A DNA stretch of 64,000 bases from IMG/VR virus record IMGVR_UViG_3300031759_000012, one strand, 5' to 3'. The notes beneath the pieces are model-generated. The model did not search any database. It had not been told where the DNA came from and saw only the letters and a list, made by a program, of their open reading frames with translations. The position numbers and the translations under genes are program-made. This document shows positions 27,381 to 37,097 of the stretch, in pieces. This DNA comes from an uncultured virus (IMG/VR IMGVR_UViG_3300031759_000012) (taxonomy: Duplodnaviria; Heunggongvirae; Uroviricota; Caudoviricetes). Every line of letters starts with the position of its first letter. Positions within the stretch are counted from its first letter, which is position 1.

Positions 27381-28337
27381 TTATTTAAATGCATGTTGCC
27401 TCACTATTGTACTCATTGGACTGTGACTACCATCATCTACTGGTTCTTCATCATGTAGTGGATCTTTATCAAAACTGGGCTTTGTAGGGTCACTGAGCGG
27501 GCTCATGGCACCGCTTTCGTTTTCTCTTTCAGTTTCTTCCAGGTATTTGGTATAATCATTTATTAGTTTATTATGTAATTCCTGTATTAAACCATTATCA
27601 CCTGCACTACCTTTAATGCGTTGCGGATTTTCAACTGCTTGCCAAATATATTCAGGTTCATCAATTTCTTCACCTTCGTCTTTGAATTTACGATGACCAT
27701 AATCGTATTCAGCTACATCTTCTTCTAATTCAACATTTTCATCCATAGTTGGATCATAATAATCAATCTCGCCGCCACGTTCTCGTGCGTCAGCGCATCT
27801 ATCGCATTGGTAGCCTAATTCAACATCTCTAGCTGTCAGTCGGTTAGGATAACCACATGTCGGACAAGGTCGATTGCGTATACCTGCTCTTAGTGAGCTG
27901 CGCCCGCCGGGATCTGCAAAATCATCATCATCAAAATCATCATAATCATCATCAAAATCATCATAATCATCATCATCATCTACGTTGTTTTCAGCAATTC
28001 CTGTAGTTACATCATCAGATGCGGGCTCAGCTGCTTTAGTTGGCAGTCCTGCATTTTTTCGCAAATCATTTAAGCCGTGCATAACATCTGCGTTGGCTTG
28101 TCCATCCATAGGCTCTTGTATTGGGCCGGCGTCAACTGCTTGCATTGCTTGGTCGTCAGCAGACATTTCAGGATCAACTGGAGCTCCAATTGGGGAAGAG
28201 GCAATGTCTGCAGTTTGCGTGTGCGGTTCAATTATTCCTGCTAGTTGTGCAATGCGTGCAACTTCATCAGCGTTGACACTTTGCACGTCTATCATGGTTG
28301 TGTCACTTGTTACGTTTAATTTATATGTGCGTTCCAT
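27381..28337 (-). CDS. acidic hypothetical virion protein with a Zn-ribbon insertion
   Basis: RIAQLAGI and LRKNAGL motifs, poly-Asp repeat, CPTC...CDRC. Confidence 0.6.
   Translation of the reverse strand: MERTYKLNVTSDTTMIDVQSVNADEVARIAQLAGIIEPHTQTADIASSPIGAPVDPEMSADDQAMQAVDAGPIQEPMDGQANADVMHGLNDLRKNAGLPTKAAEPASDDVTTGIAENNVDDDDDYDDFDDDYDDFDDDDFADPGGRSSLRAGIRNRPCPTCGYPNRLTARDVELGYQCDRCADARERGGEIDYYDPTMDENVELEEDVAEYDYGHRKFKDEGEEIDEPEYIWQAVENPQRIKGSAGDNGLIQELHNKLINDYTKYLEETERENESGAMSPLSDPTKPSFDKDPLHDEEPVDDGSHSPMSTIVRQHAFK
27921..27981. repeat. ATC-based tandem repeat encoding a poly-Asp tract
   Basis: 21-nt unit ATCATCATCAAAATCATCATA duplicated; encodes DDDDDYDDFDDDYDDFDDDD. Confidence 0.8.
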
Positions 28338-28338
28338 T

Positions 28339-29127
28339 TTAGTTTTTCCCTTTTGGTTGCACCAGTTGCTTGGCTTTGCCGGTAGCCGGATCTTTTACAA
28401 ACTTAACCTTTTGTTGAGCATTGTCGCTCATGGTGCCTTTACTATTGACATATGCTGTATCAATCGGTTGTTTTGTTGAACCAGCTGTAACAGGTTTTGG
28501 AGTATCAATATGAGCGTTGAAATCACTAGTGTCTTGTATAGGTTCTCCTGGATCAATATCTTCCATTTGTAGCCAGCTGAATAAAGGTGCCGATGGCTCA
28601 ATTTCCATACTTGGACGACTGTCTGCAATACCAGCAAGATATGATAGTAAACCTTTGTTATATTCGTTTCCAAACAATGGTTCTACCGGTGGTTGTTCGG
28701 ATTGATTGTACTCTCGATCTGTGCTTAATCTTGCAGCATGCTCATCACCGGCTGCTTCAGATTCTTTATCAGCTAATCTGCGCCATATGTCATAGTCAGC
28801 ATAGCGTTCAATTGGTTCATTTGCTGCTCGTACAACAATATATTTTTCAGGTATATTTGAACAAAGTCTAAGATCCTGCTGTAAAATATAAGGGACGCAA
28901 GGTGTTCCAACTGTAAATTCCATTTTGTAGACATCCTTATTAGGAATGTCAATGAAGTCCATGTGGTCTTCTAATATTTTTTCAGGGGTAGTGATGTGTT
29001 TAAGATCAAGTTTCTTTAACCATTCTCCGATAATTTGTACCTGCTCAGCTGTTGGCTGTTGTGAAAATTTGATCACGTAATTGTGATCTTTTGAACTTTC
29101 AGCAAGATATTCACTAAAACTTTTCAT
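28339..29127 (-). CDS. putative head-internal/prohead core protein
   Basis: N-terminus MKSFSEYLAE resembles the T4 capsid-targeting sequence; TAAATA at 29150-29155. Confidence 0.6.
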   Translation of the reverse strand: MKSFSEYLAESSKDHNYVIKFSQQPTAEQVQIIGEWLKKLDLKHITTPEKILEDHMDFIDIPNKDVYKMEFTVGTPCVPYILQQDLRLCSNIPEKYIVVRAANEPIERYADYDIWRRLADKESEAAGDEHAARLSTDREYNQSEQPPVEPLFGNEYNKGLLSYLAGIADSRPSMEIEPSAPLFSWLQMEDIDPGEPIQDTSDFNAHIDTPKPVTAGSTKQPIDTAYVNSKGTMSDNAQQKVKFVKDPATGKAKQLVQPKGKN

Positions 29128-29148
29128 TTCAGACGGCTCCTATGTTCT

Positions 29149-29613
29149 CTATTTATCACTGCTATTCATTTGACGCAGTTGTTTGAGTATCTCGTTCCTA
29201 TCAAGTGCAACTGCTGTGCCATCTACAGTTTCTTTTTCCGGAGCTGTTTGCCTATCTAGTTTCAATTTATCAAGCTGCAATTTTAAAAGTTTCAGTTTTT
29301 TTTCAACTTTGTTGTTTTTGGCATCTACTGCAATTTTCAGCATGGCACTTGAACTGCTAAAAATTTCTCCTGCGTGTCTTACCTCTACATTCATACCCAA
29401 TTCTTGTAAATCTTTGTGGGCCTGTATAGCTAGATTAGCCAGTTCATCCATTTCTGTATCATGGACATCATGCCCATCAAGTTGATGTAGTTGCGATTCT
29501 ATTTCTTTAGCGTCAGCGAGGGCTTGCTCTAGGTCATTTTCCGTAATTTGATATTCCGGTGTCATGTTTGGTAGGTCAAGTGCGTCTTCTAATTTGGCAA
29601 ATGCTTTACTCAT
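29149..29613 (-). CDS. hypothetical protein, possibly terminase small subunit
   Basis: 154-aa helical/coiled-coil protein in the packaging region; TAAATA at 29619-29624. Confidence 0.4.
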   Translation of the reverse strand: MSKAFAKLEDALDLPNMTPEYQITENDLEQALADAKEIESQLHQLDGHDVHDTEMDELANLAIQAHKDLQELGMNVEVRHAGEIFSSSSAMLKIAVDAKNNKVEKKLKLLKLQLDKLKLDRQTAPEKETVDGTAVALDRNEILKQLRQMNSSDK

Positions 29614-29631
29614 AACCGTATTTACTTATTT

Positions 29632-30081
29632 TTATTTGTTTCGTTTAATATTTTTGCCTTTTGCAACGAATATATCATCTTCTGTAAGAATTCTAAATTG
29701 TAAACCGTGTTTTTTGCAATACAACATTGCGGCCGCCCATTTTGCAGTATTGACAACTAGCGCAGCCTTGTCTCTTTTGCTTTTAGCGTTTTCCAATATA
29801 GCTTCTTTACGTGGCTTGACTTCGATTATTTCAGCTCTTTGTTTTCCAAATTTATCTTTGTAGACTACCATAAAATCTGGATAATATGTATGTAATTTAC
29901 CAGTCAAAGGATTTTTATAAGGAATTGAAATGCTTTCACTTGCCCAGTTTATGACATTAGGATGAGTATCAAGCAGTCTCATTACCCGCAGTTCCCATGC
30001 GCTTCTATATACTGGAACTGCATTACCTACAAGCTTTTTTGGATTCAATGGTGTAAATTCACCTTGGCTGTATTTTGTCAT
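29632..30081 (-). CDS. gp4: head completion nuclease gp4-like (TnsA-type endonuclease)
   Basis: YRSAWE, WASE.I.IPY, YYPDF, IEVKP, KWAAA..YC...G..FRILTE. Confidence 0.85.
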   Translation of the reverse strand: MTKYSQGEFTPLNPKKLVGNAVPVYRSAWELRVMRLLDTHPNVINWASESISIPYKNPLTGKLHTYYPDFMVVYKDKFGKQRAEIIEVKPRKEAILENAKSKRDKAALVVNTAKWAAAMLYCKKHGLQFRILTEDDIFVAKGKNIKRNK

Positions 30082-30084
30082 AAT

Positions 30085-31590
30085 TTACCCTATAATTGCT
30101 GCGCTAAGTGATCCTCGTAACGTAGGATTTCTGGGCCATGGTGGCGACCATGCGGATATCTGTTGATTTACCACTCCGACTGCTGTAGTTGAAGGTGCAA
30201 GAGCGTTATATGCGGCCAGAAGTTGTAAGGTTGGCCCTGCTGGTGTAATTAACGTGCTAACCGGGATTCCTTGTGTAGCTGCAACATAGGCTGCAACGGA
30301 CGCGATGCTTTGTACCAGCTGTTGGGGTACGCTACTTCCATAATAACCGGCAGCGAGTGAGAGTGCAGTTGCGGAAATTATAGGATTATTACTTTGTTTG
30401 GGATTGGCTAGTAAAGCCGATGCAGGGCTTGGCAGGGCAGTCAACAGCTGGCCAGTTAGAGTATTTTTATACTGTAATCCGCCGCTGGCAGAAGTTATTG
30501 CTATCTGGCCGCTTTGTTGAGCTATCTGTTGTGTGATCGTTTGTGCAGTAAAATTGTTAGGTGTAGGTGTTTTGGTACCAAAATTTAGATTGGTAGACAA
30601 AGATGTTGTAGGGATTACCGCAGCTGGTAAAGATGCACCCGGAGCAAAGGCTATAGGGCCTGTACCTGCAGTCGGTGGCGGAGTAGCCGGTAATGATAAA
30701 ATTGGAATAGTCGGGTTGGACAAATTGTTTGATTGAAAGGTTGGTACCGCTATAGTCGGGTTTGTATTTAGATTTGTGGATGTAAAAATTCTAGGTATCG
30801 CTCCTTGTGTTTGGAACGCAGCCGTTTGACTTGGATTGATAAAATCATCAGCATCAAACCCAAAGTTTGGCATATAGCCATAGGGTGCGCCAGTAGACGA
30901 TATAGGTTGTGCGAATGCAAAATAATCTAGTGCTTCATATTTAAGTGTTAGGTTAACTGTTGTAGGGTCGCTTGATGAGTAGTCTTGATTTCCCCAATCA
31001 ACTGAAGTTATTTTTGGATTGACGTAGTTAAATGCAGTATAGGTGTTTGCAAACAACGTATATACACTAATGCCTGTAAAAAAATTAGTTTGAGCGTCTA
31101 ATATAGGCATGAAACCCCAACCTGCTCCTAAAGAAAATGTAGGGTCTACTGGGGACTGTGCGTAATCGATACTTGGTGTGGTAGGAGATGTGGTTCTACG
31201 ACTATCAGCAAAATAATAGGTAAAATAATCGACCCATGTTGCAAGAGGACTGTTATCAACTGTATCGTAAAGAGTTAATGACGCGTCTTGGTATTCAATT
31301 TTTTTATAAACAACGACCTTTTTATTATATTGATTCAAATCTTCGGCTATGAGATTCACTTTTGGTCTGTCAACAGTTTTAACCTTAAACGTGAGACTTC
31401 TGTTGCCATTGTATGTATTAATTGCGTTGGTGTTACTATTACCAAGCATTGTTTGTGCACCAGGGCTTAGGAAAAATTGTACATAAAATTCAAACGACGG
31501 TTTTGGAACAGCCGTCATATATTGTCCTTGATTGCTTGTGCCGAATGCTCTACTCGCAACTTGTGGTGATCTTAAAAATACCTGTGTCAT
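30085..31590 (-). CDS. tail tube-like baseplate/tube initiator protein with a low-complexity extension
   Basis: N-terminal half parallels the adjacent tube gene (VDRPKV...NQYNK...LTLYD...DYSSSD); start 31590 follows TAAATA 31596-31601. Confidence 0.7.
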   Translation of the reverse strand: MTQVFLRSPQVASRAFGTSNQGQYMTAVPKPSFEFYVQFFLSPGAQTMLGNSNTNAINTYNGNRSLTFKVKTVDRPKVNLIAEDLNQYNKKVVVYKKIEYQDASLTLYDTVDNSPLATWVDYFTYYFADSRRTTSPTTPSIDYAQSPVDPTFSLGAGWGFMPILDAQTNFFTGISVYTLFANTYTAFNYVNPKITSVDWGNQDYSSSDPTTVNLTLKYEALDYFAFAQPISSTGAPYGYMPNFGFDADDFINPSQTAAFQTQGAIPRIFTSTNLNTNPTIAVPTFQSNNLSNPTIPILSLPATPPPTAGTGPIAFAPGASLPAAVIPTTSLSTNLNFGTKTPTPNNFTAQTITQQIAQQSGQIAITSASGGLQYKNTLTGQLLTALPSPASALLANPKQSNNPIISATALSLAAGYYGSSVPQQLVQSIASVAAYVAATQGIPVSTLITPAGPTLQLLAAYNALAPSTTAVGVVNQQISAWSPPWPRNPTLRGSLSAAIIG

Positions 31591-31606
31591 AAAAATATTT
31601 ATCATA

Positions 31607-31635
31607 AAAAAACGGCGCAAATTGCGCCGTTTTTT
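31607..31635. terminator. intrinsic terminator after the tail tube gene
   Basis: AAAAAACGGCGCAA-A-TTGCGCCGTTTTTT. Confidence 0.8.
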
Positions 31636-31662
31636 GTTCTGCATGCCCGGAGTTGAATAAAA

Positions 31663-32319
31663 TTAAACTGATGCAATACCACTTGAAAGCGGCAAAGCTG
31701 GATTGAACGCTAGCGGAGCAATGCCCGTCAACGCCGCTTCATCGCCTTGTGTAGCATTGTCGTATCTAACTGTTAGCGTTAGCATAACTGCATCCGAACT
31801 ACTATAATCCATGCTATCATATGCAACTGTTTCTAAATAACAACCTTCCAGATACCAACTCTCTAGTACAGAATCATTTAGTCCTTGTACGGTTCCATCT
31901 AGTGTTTGAATAAACATAGAGAATTTGTAGTTAATACCAGCAGCAGCAGCTGATTGCGTATAGTGGTTCATCTGTTTCTGCAGTTGACCGCTAACCATTG
32001 AAGTAATGTTATTTGTTACATCATCTCTAAGGGTAATTTCAATAGTCTGCCATTCTGGTTTTTGAGCTATATATGTTATGTTGTTATAGCTGTGTAGCGG
32101 TGTATTGTTAAATTGTATCGACGGACGTGCAGCCGTGACTACTTGAATGGTAAAAACAGTTTGATTGCTGGCTCCTGTAGATCCAAAACCATTTGTTATG
32201 ATTCTAAATCTGTGTTTTAGTTTTGGCATTAGAATACCTACACCAGTTTGAGCAGGCAATGGTACGCCAAATTTGTCTACTGTTGTCAGTCCAGGATTAA
32301 TTGGTGAAACTAATGACAT
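31663..32319 (-). CDS. gp19: tail tube protein
   Basis: MPKLKHRFR, W..IEITLRDD, ESWYLEGCY, LTVRYDNA; GGAGG RBS; TAAATA 32345-32350. Confidence 0.85.
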   Translation of the reverse strand: MSLVSPINPGLTTVDKFGVPLPAQTGVGILMPKLKHRFRIITNGFGSTGASNQTVFTIQVVTAARPSIQFNNTPLHSYNNITYIAQKPEWQTIEITLRDDVTNNITSMVSGQLQKQMNHYTQSAAAAGINYKFSMFIQTLDGTVQGLNDSVLESWYLEGCYLETVAYDSMDYSSSDAVMLTLTVRYDNATQGDEAALTGIAPLAFNPALPLSSGIASV

Positions 32320-32417
32320 TATATATCCTCCGTATTTGCTATCTTATTTATGACGCAGTCTTAATTTCTAAGGGTGGGGTATTTTGCAGTTGCGGTTTGA
32401 AAAAATTATAATTGACA

Positions 32418-33032
32418 ATGATCTATACATGTGATTCTGTAACAAGTGATACACTGTCTAACGAGTTGTTGCAAAAACTCGAATTATTTGTTAGTAACCA
32501 GCAAAACGAGCATCACGATCATCCAGCCGTAATAAACATGGGGCACAATCCCTACACAGGACTATTGTGGAATATTCAAAAACAACATAGATGGCAAAGT
32601 GCCCAAGGTAGTATCGCTATCCTACTCCATTCTGATAAGATAGTAGGACTAAGCTGCGTTGAATTATCAGATGAATATAAAAATTTCAATATAACAATCG
32701 GCGGGGTTCGCTGCTGGCTTGATAAAAGACATAGGACAGAAAATCAAGTAACCAAATATCTTTTGTCACAAAATTTGTCATGGAGTATTAAACAAAAAGC
32801 TGATGCTATGATGCTTACATTTAACGACTATAACAAAATCATTTATGATACTATACGCAACAAAACACAAGGAAGAGCTGCCGGGTTAGGAAAGATATGG
32901 AGTTCTTGGTGGAATAATTGTATTTGTATTTCACGCCCATTAATTGTTAGAAACACTGCGCAATGGTGTGTTTTAAAACCTATAAACGAATTAGTAACGC
33001 TGCAAATAGCCAAGGAACTCGAGTATGATTAA
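32418..33032 (+). CDS. GNAT-fold-like hypothetical protein
   Basis: KIVGLSCV...GGVRCWLDKRHR pattern typical of acetyltransferase folds. Confidence 0.4.
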   Translation: MIYTCDSVTSDTLSNELLQKLELFVSNQQNEHHDHPAVINMGHNPYTGLLWNIQKQHRWQSAQGSIAILLHSDKIVGLSCVELSDEYKNFNITIGGVRCWLDKRHRTENQVTKYLLSQNLSWSIKQKADAMMLTFNDYNKIIYDTIRNKTQGRAAGLGKIWSSWWNNCICISRPLIVRNTAQWCVLKPINELVTLQIAKELEYD

Positions 33033-33969
33033 TGTATATGAACAATTTGAATTAACCTTAGGAAATCATCTTCAATATTGGTTTAACGATAACAGAGGGC
33101 AACATTGGCGAAATGATCCTTTAGAAGTTGCTCATTGTTGCGTAGGTGAGAATTACATCAATGCGCAATCAAAAACTTTTAATCAATCAATAACAGACAC
33201 AGCAAATGTTTTTTATTCAAGGCATGGCAGTGATTTTTTGCTCTTTCTTAGTGGCGGGCTAGACAGCGAAGTGGCATTACAAACTTTTATAAATGCTAAA
33301 AATACAGTGAAACCTTTTATTATACGTTTTACTAATGAGCTTAATAAAGAAGATGTATCCGACGCACTGAGATTATGTAACACCAACGGAATAGAGCCTA
33401 TCATATATGAATTTGATCCTTTACAATTTTTTCATTCAGGAGAATGGAAAAGAGTGGCTGAGACATATCAGTGTTACACATTCTATCAACAAATGTTGAT
33501 TTACATTGCAGAACGTACAAGGAAACCTATGATCACTGTAGATGAGGTAGAAGTTGCCAAATTGTCAGACAAATGGTATTTTGTAAAAAAGGAAGATCAG
33601 GACGGTTGCTGGCATAGATTTGTAGAACGCACTAGTTGTCCCGCATATAATAATTTTTATACGTACGATCCTGCTACAATTTTAGCATTTATTCAATCGC
33701 CTACTGTGCAAAATCTTATAAATGACAAAATACCAGGTAAACTAGGCTGGAATTCCAGTAAACACAAAATATACACCGAATTAACGGATTTTGATCTTAT
33801 TCCTAGAAATAAACGTCACGGAATGGAAAGATTAATGCATATATGGTGGTATGTATTAGAACACACTGCTAGAATATTGCATAATTCGCCTGTGGATTTT
33901 AAATTTGAAGCAACATCGATAATTCCGCAACTTTCCACAGGCAAAGGTTTAATATGCAATTCTCTGTAA
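33025..33969 (+). CDS. PP-loop (asparagine synthase C-terminal-like) adenylating enzyme
   Basis: LFLSGGLDSE PP-loop motif. Confidence 0.6.
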   Translation: MINVYEQFELTLGNHLQYWFNDNRGQHWRNDPLEVAHCCVGENYINAQSKTFNQSITDTANVFYSRHGSDFLLFLSGGLDSEVALQTFINAKNTVKPFIIRFTNELNKEDVSDALRLCNTNGIEPIIYEFDPLQFFHSGEWKRVAETYQCYTFYQQMLIYIAERTRKPMITVDEVEVAKLSDKWYFVKKEDQDGCWHRFVERTSCPAYNNFYTYDPATILAFIQSPTVQNLINDKIPGKLGWNSSKHKIYTELTDFDLIPRNKRHGMERLMHIWWYVLEHTARILHNSPVDFKFEATSIIPQLSTGKGLICNSL

Positions 33970-34520
33970 AATGGTTAGACTACAGCGACAGACACGTCAT
34001 TAAAGACATAGCCAAATCTGTTTACACCAAACCAAGTCACTTATACCCTACAAATTTAAGCGGTGATTCTCCTCTCTATAATTATTTTTTGGTGCCGCCA
34101 TCGGTTATAGGTTCTGATCAGCGTAAGGTTGCTGTAATTGTAAACAGCAACGGAGAGCCTGTTGTTGCAACAGGTGTTCGAGAATTAGGAAACATTCCTG
34201 CTTGGTTATTAAGTTGGACTGTAAGTTCAATATCTTCTATGTCGTTTGTGGCTGCATGGAGACAAACCTTAAATTTTACAACAGCCTATTACGAATCAAA
34301 AAGTATAAATGAATTTTACGTGGTTAGTCCGGTTGAGCGCGAAGAAGCATATAGTAGAATGACAAGTTTTATGAGAAACCGATATTGGACTTTTGTCGAG
34401 CAAACTATCCCCAAAGGCACTAGGCCAACACACAGTCTTTATCATACCATAACTGGTAACATTTTATATACATATGATATAAACATAAGAAGGTATATTT
34501 TGAAAAGAGATCCTGTATGA
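33954..34520 (+). CDS. hypothetical protein, possible GNAT-like fold
   Basis: 188-aa ORF overlapping both neighbours in the operon. Confidence 0.45.
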   Translation: MQFSVKWLDYSDRHVIKDIAKSVYTKPSHLYPTNLSGDSPLYNYFLVPPSVIGSDQRKVAVIVNSNGEPVVATGVRELGNIPAWLLSWTVSSISSMSFVAAWRQTLNFTTAYYESKSINEFYVVSPVEREEAYSRMTSFMRNRYWTFVEQTIPKGTRPTHSLYHTITGNILYTYDINIRRYILKRDPV

Positions 34521-35383
34521 TTAATTGGTTAAAGCAAAACTATCACACATATAAAGTAACTGGACAAATTCCAGCATTTTTTGCCATAATTGGCCCATAT
34601 CATTTATTAGCACTTATAGGCATAATTGCTGCATATTTCACATGGTCTTGGTACTATCTTGTATATTTTGTGCTTGGATATGTTGTTTTTGGAGGTATAG
34701 GCGATGCGGTTATATTACACAGACACCTATCTCACAATAGTGTTGCGTTGCGACCCAGATTAAAACCGCTACTATATTGGATAGCTTGTATAACAGGCCA
34801 AGGCTCGCCAATCTGGTGGGCAGCATTACACCGTGGCTATCATCATGCTTATTCTGATAAAGAAAAAGATTTGCATTCACCTATGAAAGGTAAATGGTCA
34901 GCTTATATGGGATGGATGTTAGCCATTACTCATGATACTGTCAATTTGAAGTATGCGGCAACCTTACTAAGAGATAAACATTTGATTTTTTTCCATAAAC
35001 ATTACAACAAAGTGATATGGGCTACCTTAGCAGTAATCTTTACAATAAATCCAATGTTCTGTCTATGGTTTGTAGTTATTCCGTGCGTATTTGCGCTACA
35101 CAGCGAAAATGCTGTTAATTTGCTCTGTCATCTGACTAATTTTGGATATAGAAATTTTGATACAAAAGACATGAGTCAAAATGTATGGTTTCTAGGTTTT
35201 TTCAGTTGGGGACAAGGATGGCACAATAATCATCATTCATGCCCAAAAAGCTTTGATTTTGGTACTACAGTAAGTAAAATTAGATATGAATTTGACCCAT
35301 GTATGTTGCTATTACCTTTGGTGGCACCACGGTCAGAATCAAAACGTATATGGAAAAATTGGAGAGAACAATGCGTTGGATAG
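34517..35383 (+). CDS. membrane fatty acid desaturase, delta-9 type
   Basis: His boxes HRHLSH, HRGYHH, WHNNHH; hydrophobic segments. Confidence 0.9.
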   Translation: MINWLKQNYHTYKVTGQIPAFFAIIGPYHLLALIGIIAAYFTWSWYYLVYFVLGYVVFGGIGDAVILHRHLSHNSVALRPRLKPLLYWIACITGQGSPIWWAALHRGYHHAYSDKEKDLHSPMKGKWSAYMGWMLAITHDTVNLKYAATLLRDKHLIFFHKHYNKVIWATLAVIFTINPMFCLWFVVIPCVFALHSENAVNLLCHLTNFGYRNFDTKDMSQNVWFLGFFSWGQGWHNNHHSCPKSFDFGTTVSKIRYEFDPCMLLLPLVAPRSESKRIWKNWREQCVG

Positions 35384-36000
35384 CAATAGCTGCAACTGTG
35401 GATAATCAAGTAATAGCAGCGCATGATGATATAGTTATTCTAGAAACAATAAGCGATTATGATTTTGAGGCTATTGTAAAAGTATACGGTTTAAGCGATG
35501 ACGAGTATAATCAACTTAAACAAGGTAATCTTAATTTTAGAGTACGATTTAATAACCTGCGTAGTACCTGGCTAGAAGCATACAATCGTGATGCTCGGAT
35601 AGTTGAACTATCTGTCATTTATAGTGCACGAATAAAGGCATTGATAAACTTAAAAGGAAGGCTAGAGCACGGGCTAAACAAACATAGAAATCTTTTGACA
35701 GATCAAAACAACGTCTATGAACGGAAAGCCAAGGAAGCTATCCAAATTCTAACCAATAAAGAAAGCCCTTTTCGCACTGATGGATTTGTTAGAGACTTTG
35801 CAGAAGAATCAAATATAGACGTTGATTCTGCAGCAGCGCAGATTTTATTAAAACATAACGGTTGGTACCAACATATGCGTAAAATAGAACGATTGCGCAT
35901 TAGACATTTCACTGCAATCAAACAGGCGAAAACTGAGCAAGACTTTCAAACAGCAGCAGCAAATCTTGATAAAGATTTGTTTATCAATATGTTACTGTGA
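35371..36000 (+). CDS. hypothetical protein, C-terminus resembling tail-fibre assembly chaperones
   Basis: YERKAKEA...FAEE...AAQIL...W.....IERLR....AIKQAKT; GGAGA RBS. Confidence 0.4.
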   Translation: MRWIAIAATVDNQVIAAHDDIVILETISDYDFEAIVKVYGLSDDEYNQLKQGNLNFRVRFNNLRSTWLEAYNRDARIVELSVIYSARIKALINLKGRLEHGLNKHRNLLTDQNNVYERKAKEAIQILTNKESPFRTDGFVRDFAEESNIDVDSAAAQILLKHNGWYQHMRKIERLRIRHFTAIKQAKTEQDFQTAAANLDKDLFINMLL

Positions 36001-36013
36001 CCAAGGAGCACAC

Positions 36014-37084
36014 ATGGAATTAATCTATTACACACCTCACAAACTATACTCGTATCAGAACATTGCTGCACTTGATCCAGTACAAGTTTCATTTTCTCAA
36101 ATGTTCAATGCAAGTATAAGTCTGATAGACCGGTCTGGCACTATTAATTGCCCACCTGTACCTATAACCGTTCTTAATCCGTTAAGAGAGTGGATCACAC
36201 CAAAATCGTTTAGTGAAATAGCATATAACAGGTTTGATACTCTATTGAAGCAGGCTATAAATCAAAACAAGCAACTTGTTATTTTCTATAGCGGTGGCAT
36301 TGACAGCACGCTCATTGCTGCGTTAGCTATTGCGCACGAATCTTTTGAACAATATAGAGAGCGCATGTTGCTTGTTTTAAGCGAGGACAGTATTAAAGAA
36401 AATCCTTGGTTTTGGCATAACAGTCTCAAAAAAGCCTGGAAACATAGAATTGCCAATTCAAATGATTTCCATAACCTAATAGCAGATGCTAACAACATAT
36501 GCATAACAGGCGAATTTGCCGACAATATATTTGGCAGCCTGACAGTCAAAAGTTATATGGATGTCACAGGCGATACCAATGCTATACATAAAAAATTCAA
36601 TGACACTGGTAAACAATGGTTGTTGAAAAAAGTTACCAATAAAGATCATGTAGAAGCGTGCGAAGAACTTATGGACAAGATTTTTTCATCAAATCCGAAA
36701 GGGTGTATTACTAACCATGACTGTTTTTGGTGGTTGAACTTTGTTTTAAAATGGCAAGCAGTCAAGTTGAGATTAGTGAGTCATGCGCCTACGCCAGCAC
36801 ATGTGAATAGCATGATCAAAAATATTGTACACTTCTTTGAAACACCTGAATTTCAAGATTGGGCAGTTCTAACAGAAGAACCAAAATTACACAATAGCTG
36901 GAGCAGTTACAAGCTTCCTGCTAAAAAGCTCATATATGATATAAATCATGACAAGGAATATTTTGAGTATAAAACCAAATATCCAAGTATTCCAAGTCTA
37001 ACAAGATATGCAAATATGTATGATTTTATATATTATGATAGAGGTAGTGATGTTTATCTGCCTTCAAAATTTCTGAAAACGTAA
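36014..37084 (+). CDS. second PP-loop (asparagine synthase-like) enzyme
   Basis: FYSGGIDST, ITGEFADNIFG; AGGAG RBS. Confidence 0.7.
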   Translation: MELIYYTPHKLYSYQNIAALDPVQVSFSQMFNASISLIDRSGTINCPPVPITVLNPLREWITPKSFSEIAYNRFDTLLKQAINQNKQLVIFYSGGIDSTLIAALAIAHESFEQYRERMLLVLSEDSIKENPWFWHNSLKKAWKHRIANSNDFHNLIADANNICITGEFADNIFGSLTVKSYMDVTGDTNAIHKKFNDTGKQWLLKKVTNKDHVEACEELMDKIFSSNPKGCITNHDCFWWLNFVLKWQAVKLRLVSHAPTPAHVNSMIKNIVHFFETPEFQDWAVLTEEPKLHNSWSSYKLPAKKLIYDINHDKEYFEYKTKYPSIPSLTRYANMYDFIYYDRGSDVYLPSKFLKT

Positions 37085-37097
37085 AAGTGAAAATCTA

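Noticed and set aside
27985..28479. Antisense ORFs such as 27985-28479, 4593-5057, 25552-25941 and 63557-63883
   Set aside because: They lie opposite well-supported genes, lack RBS and motifs, and look like shadow ORFs.
31591..31644. Extended N-terminus MQNKKRRNLRRFF for ORF 30085
   Set aside because: It runs through the terminator hairpin and late promoter; ATG 31590 is the more plausible start.
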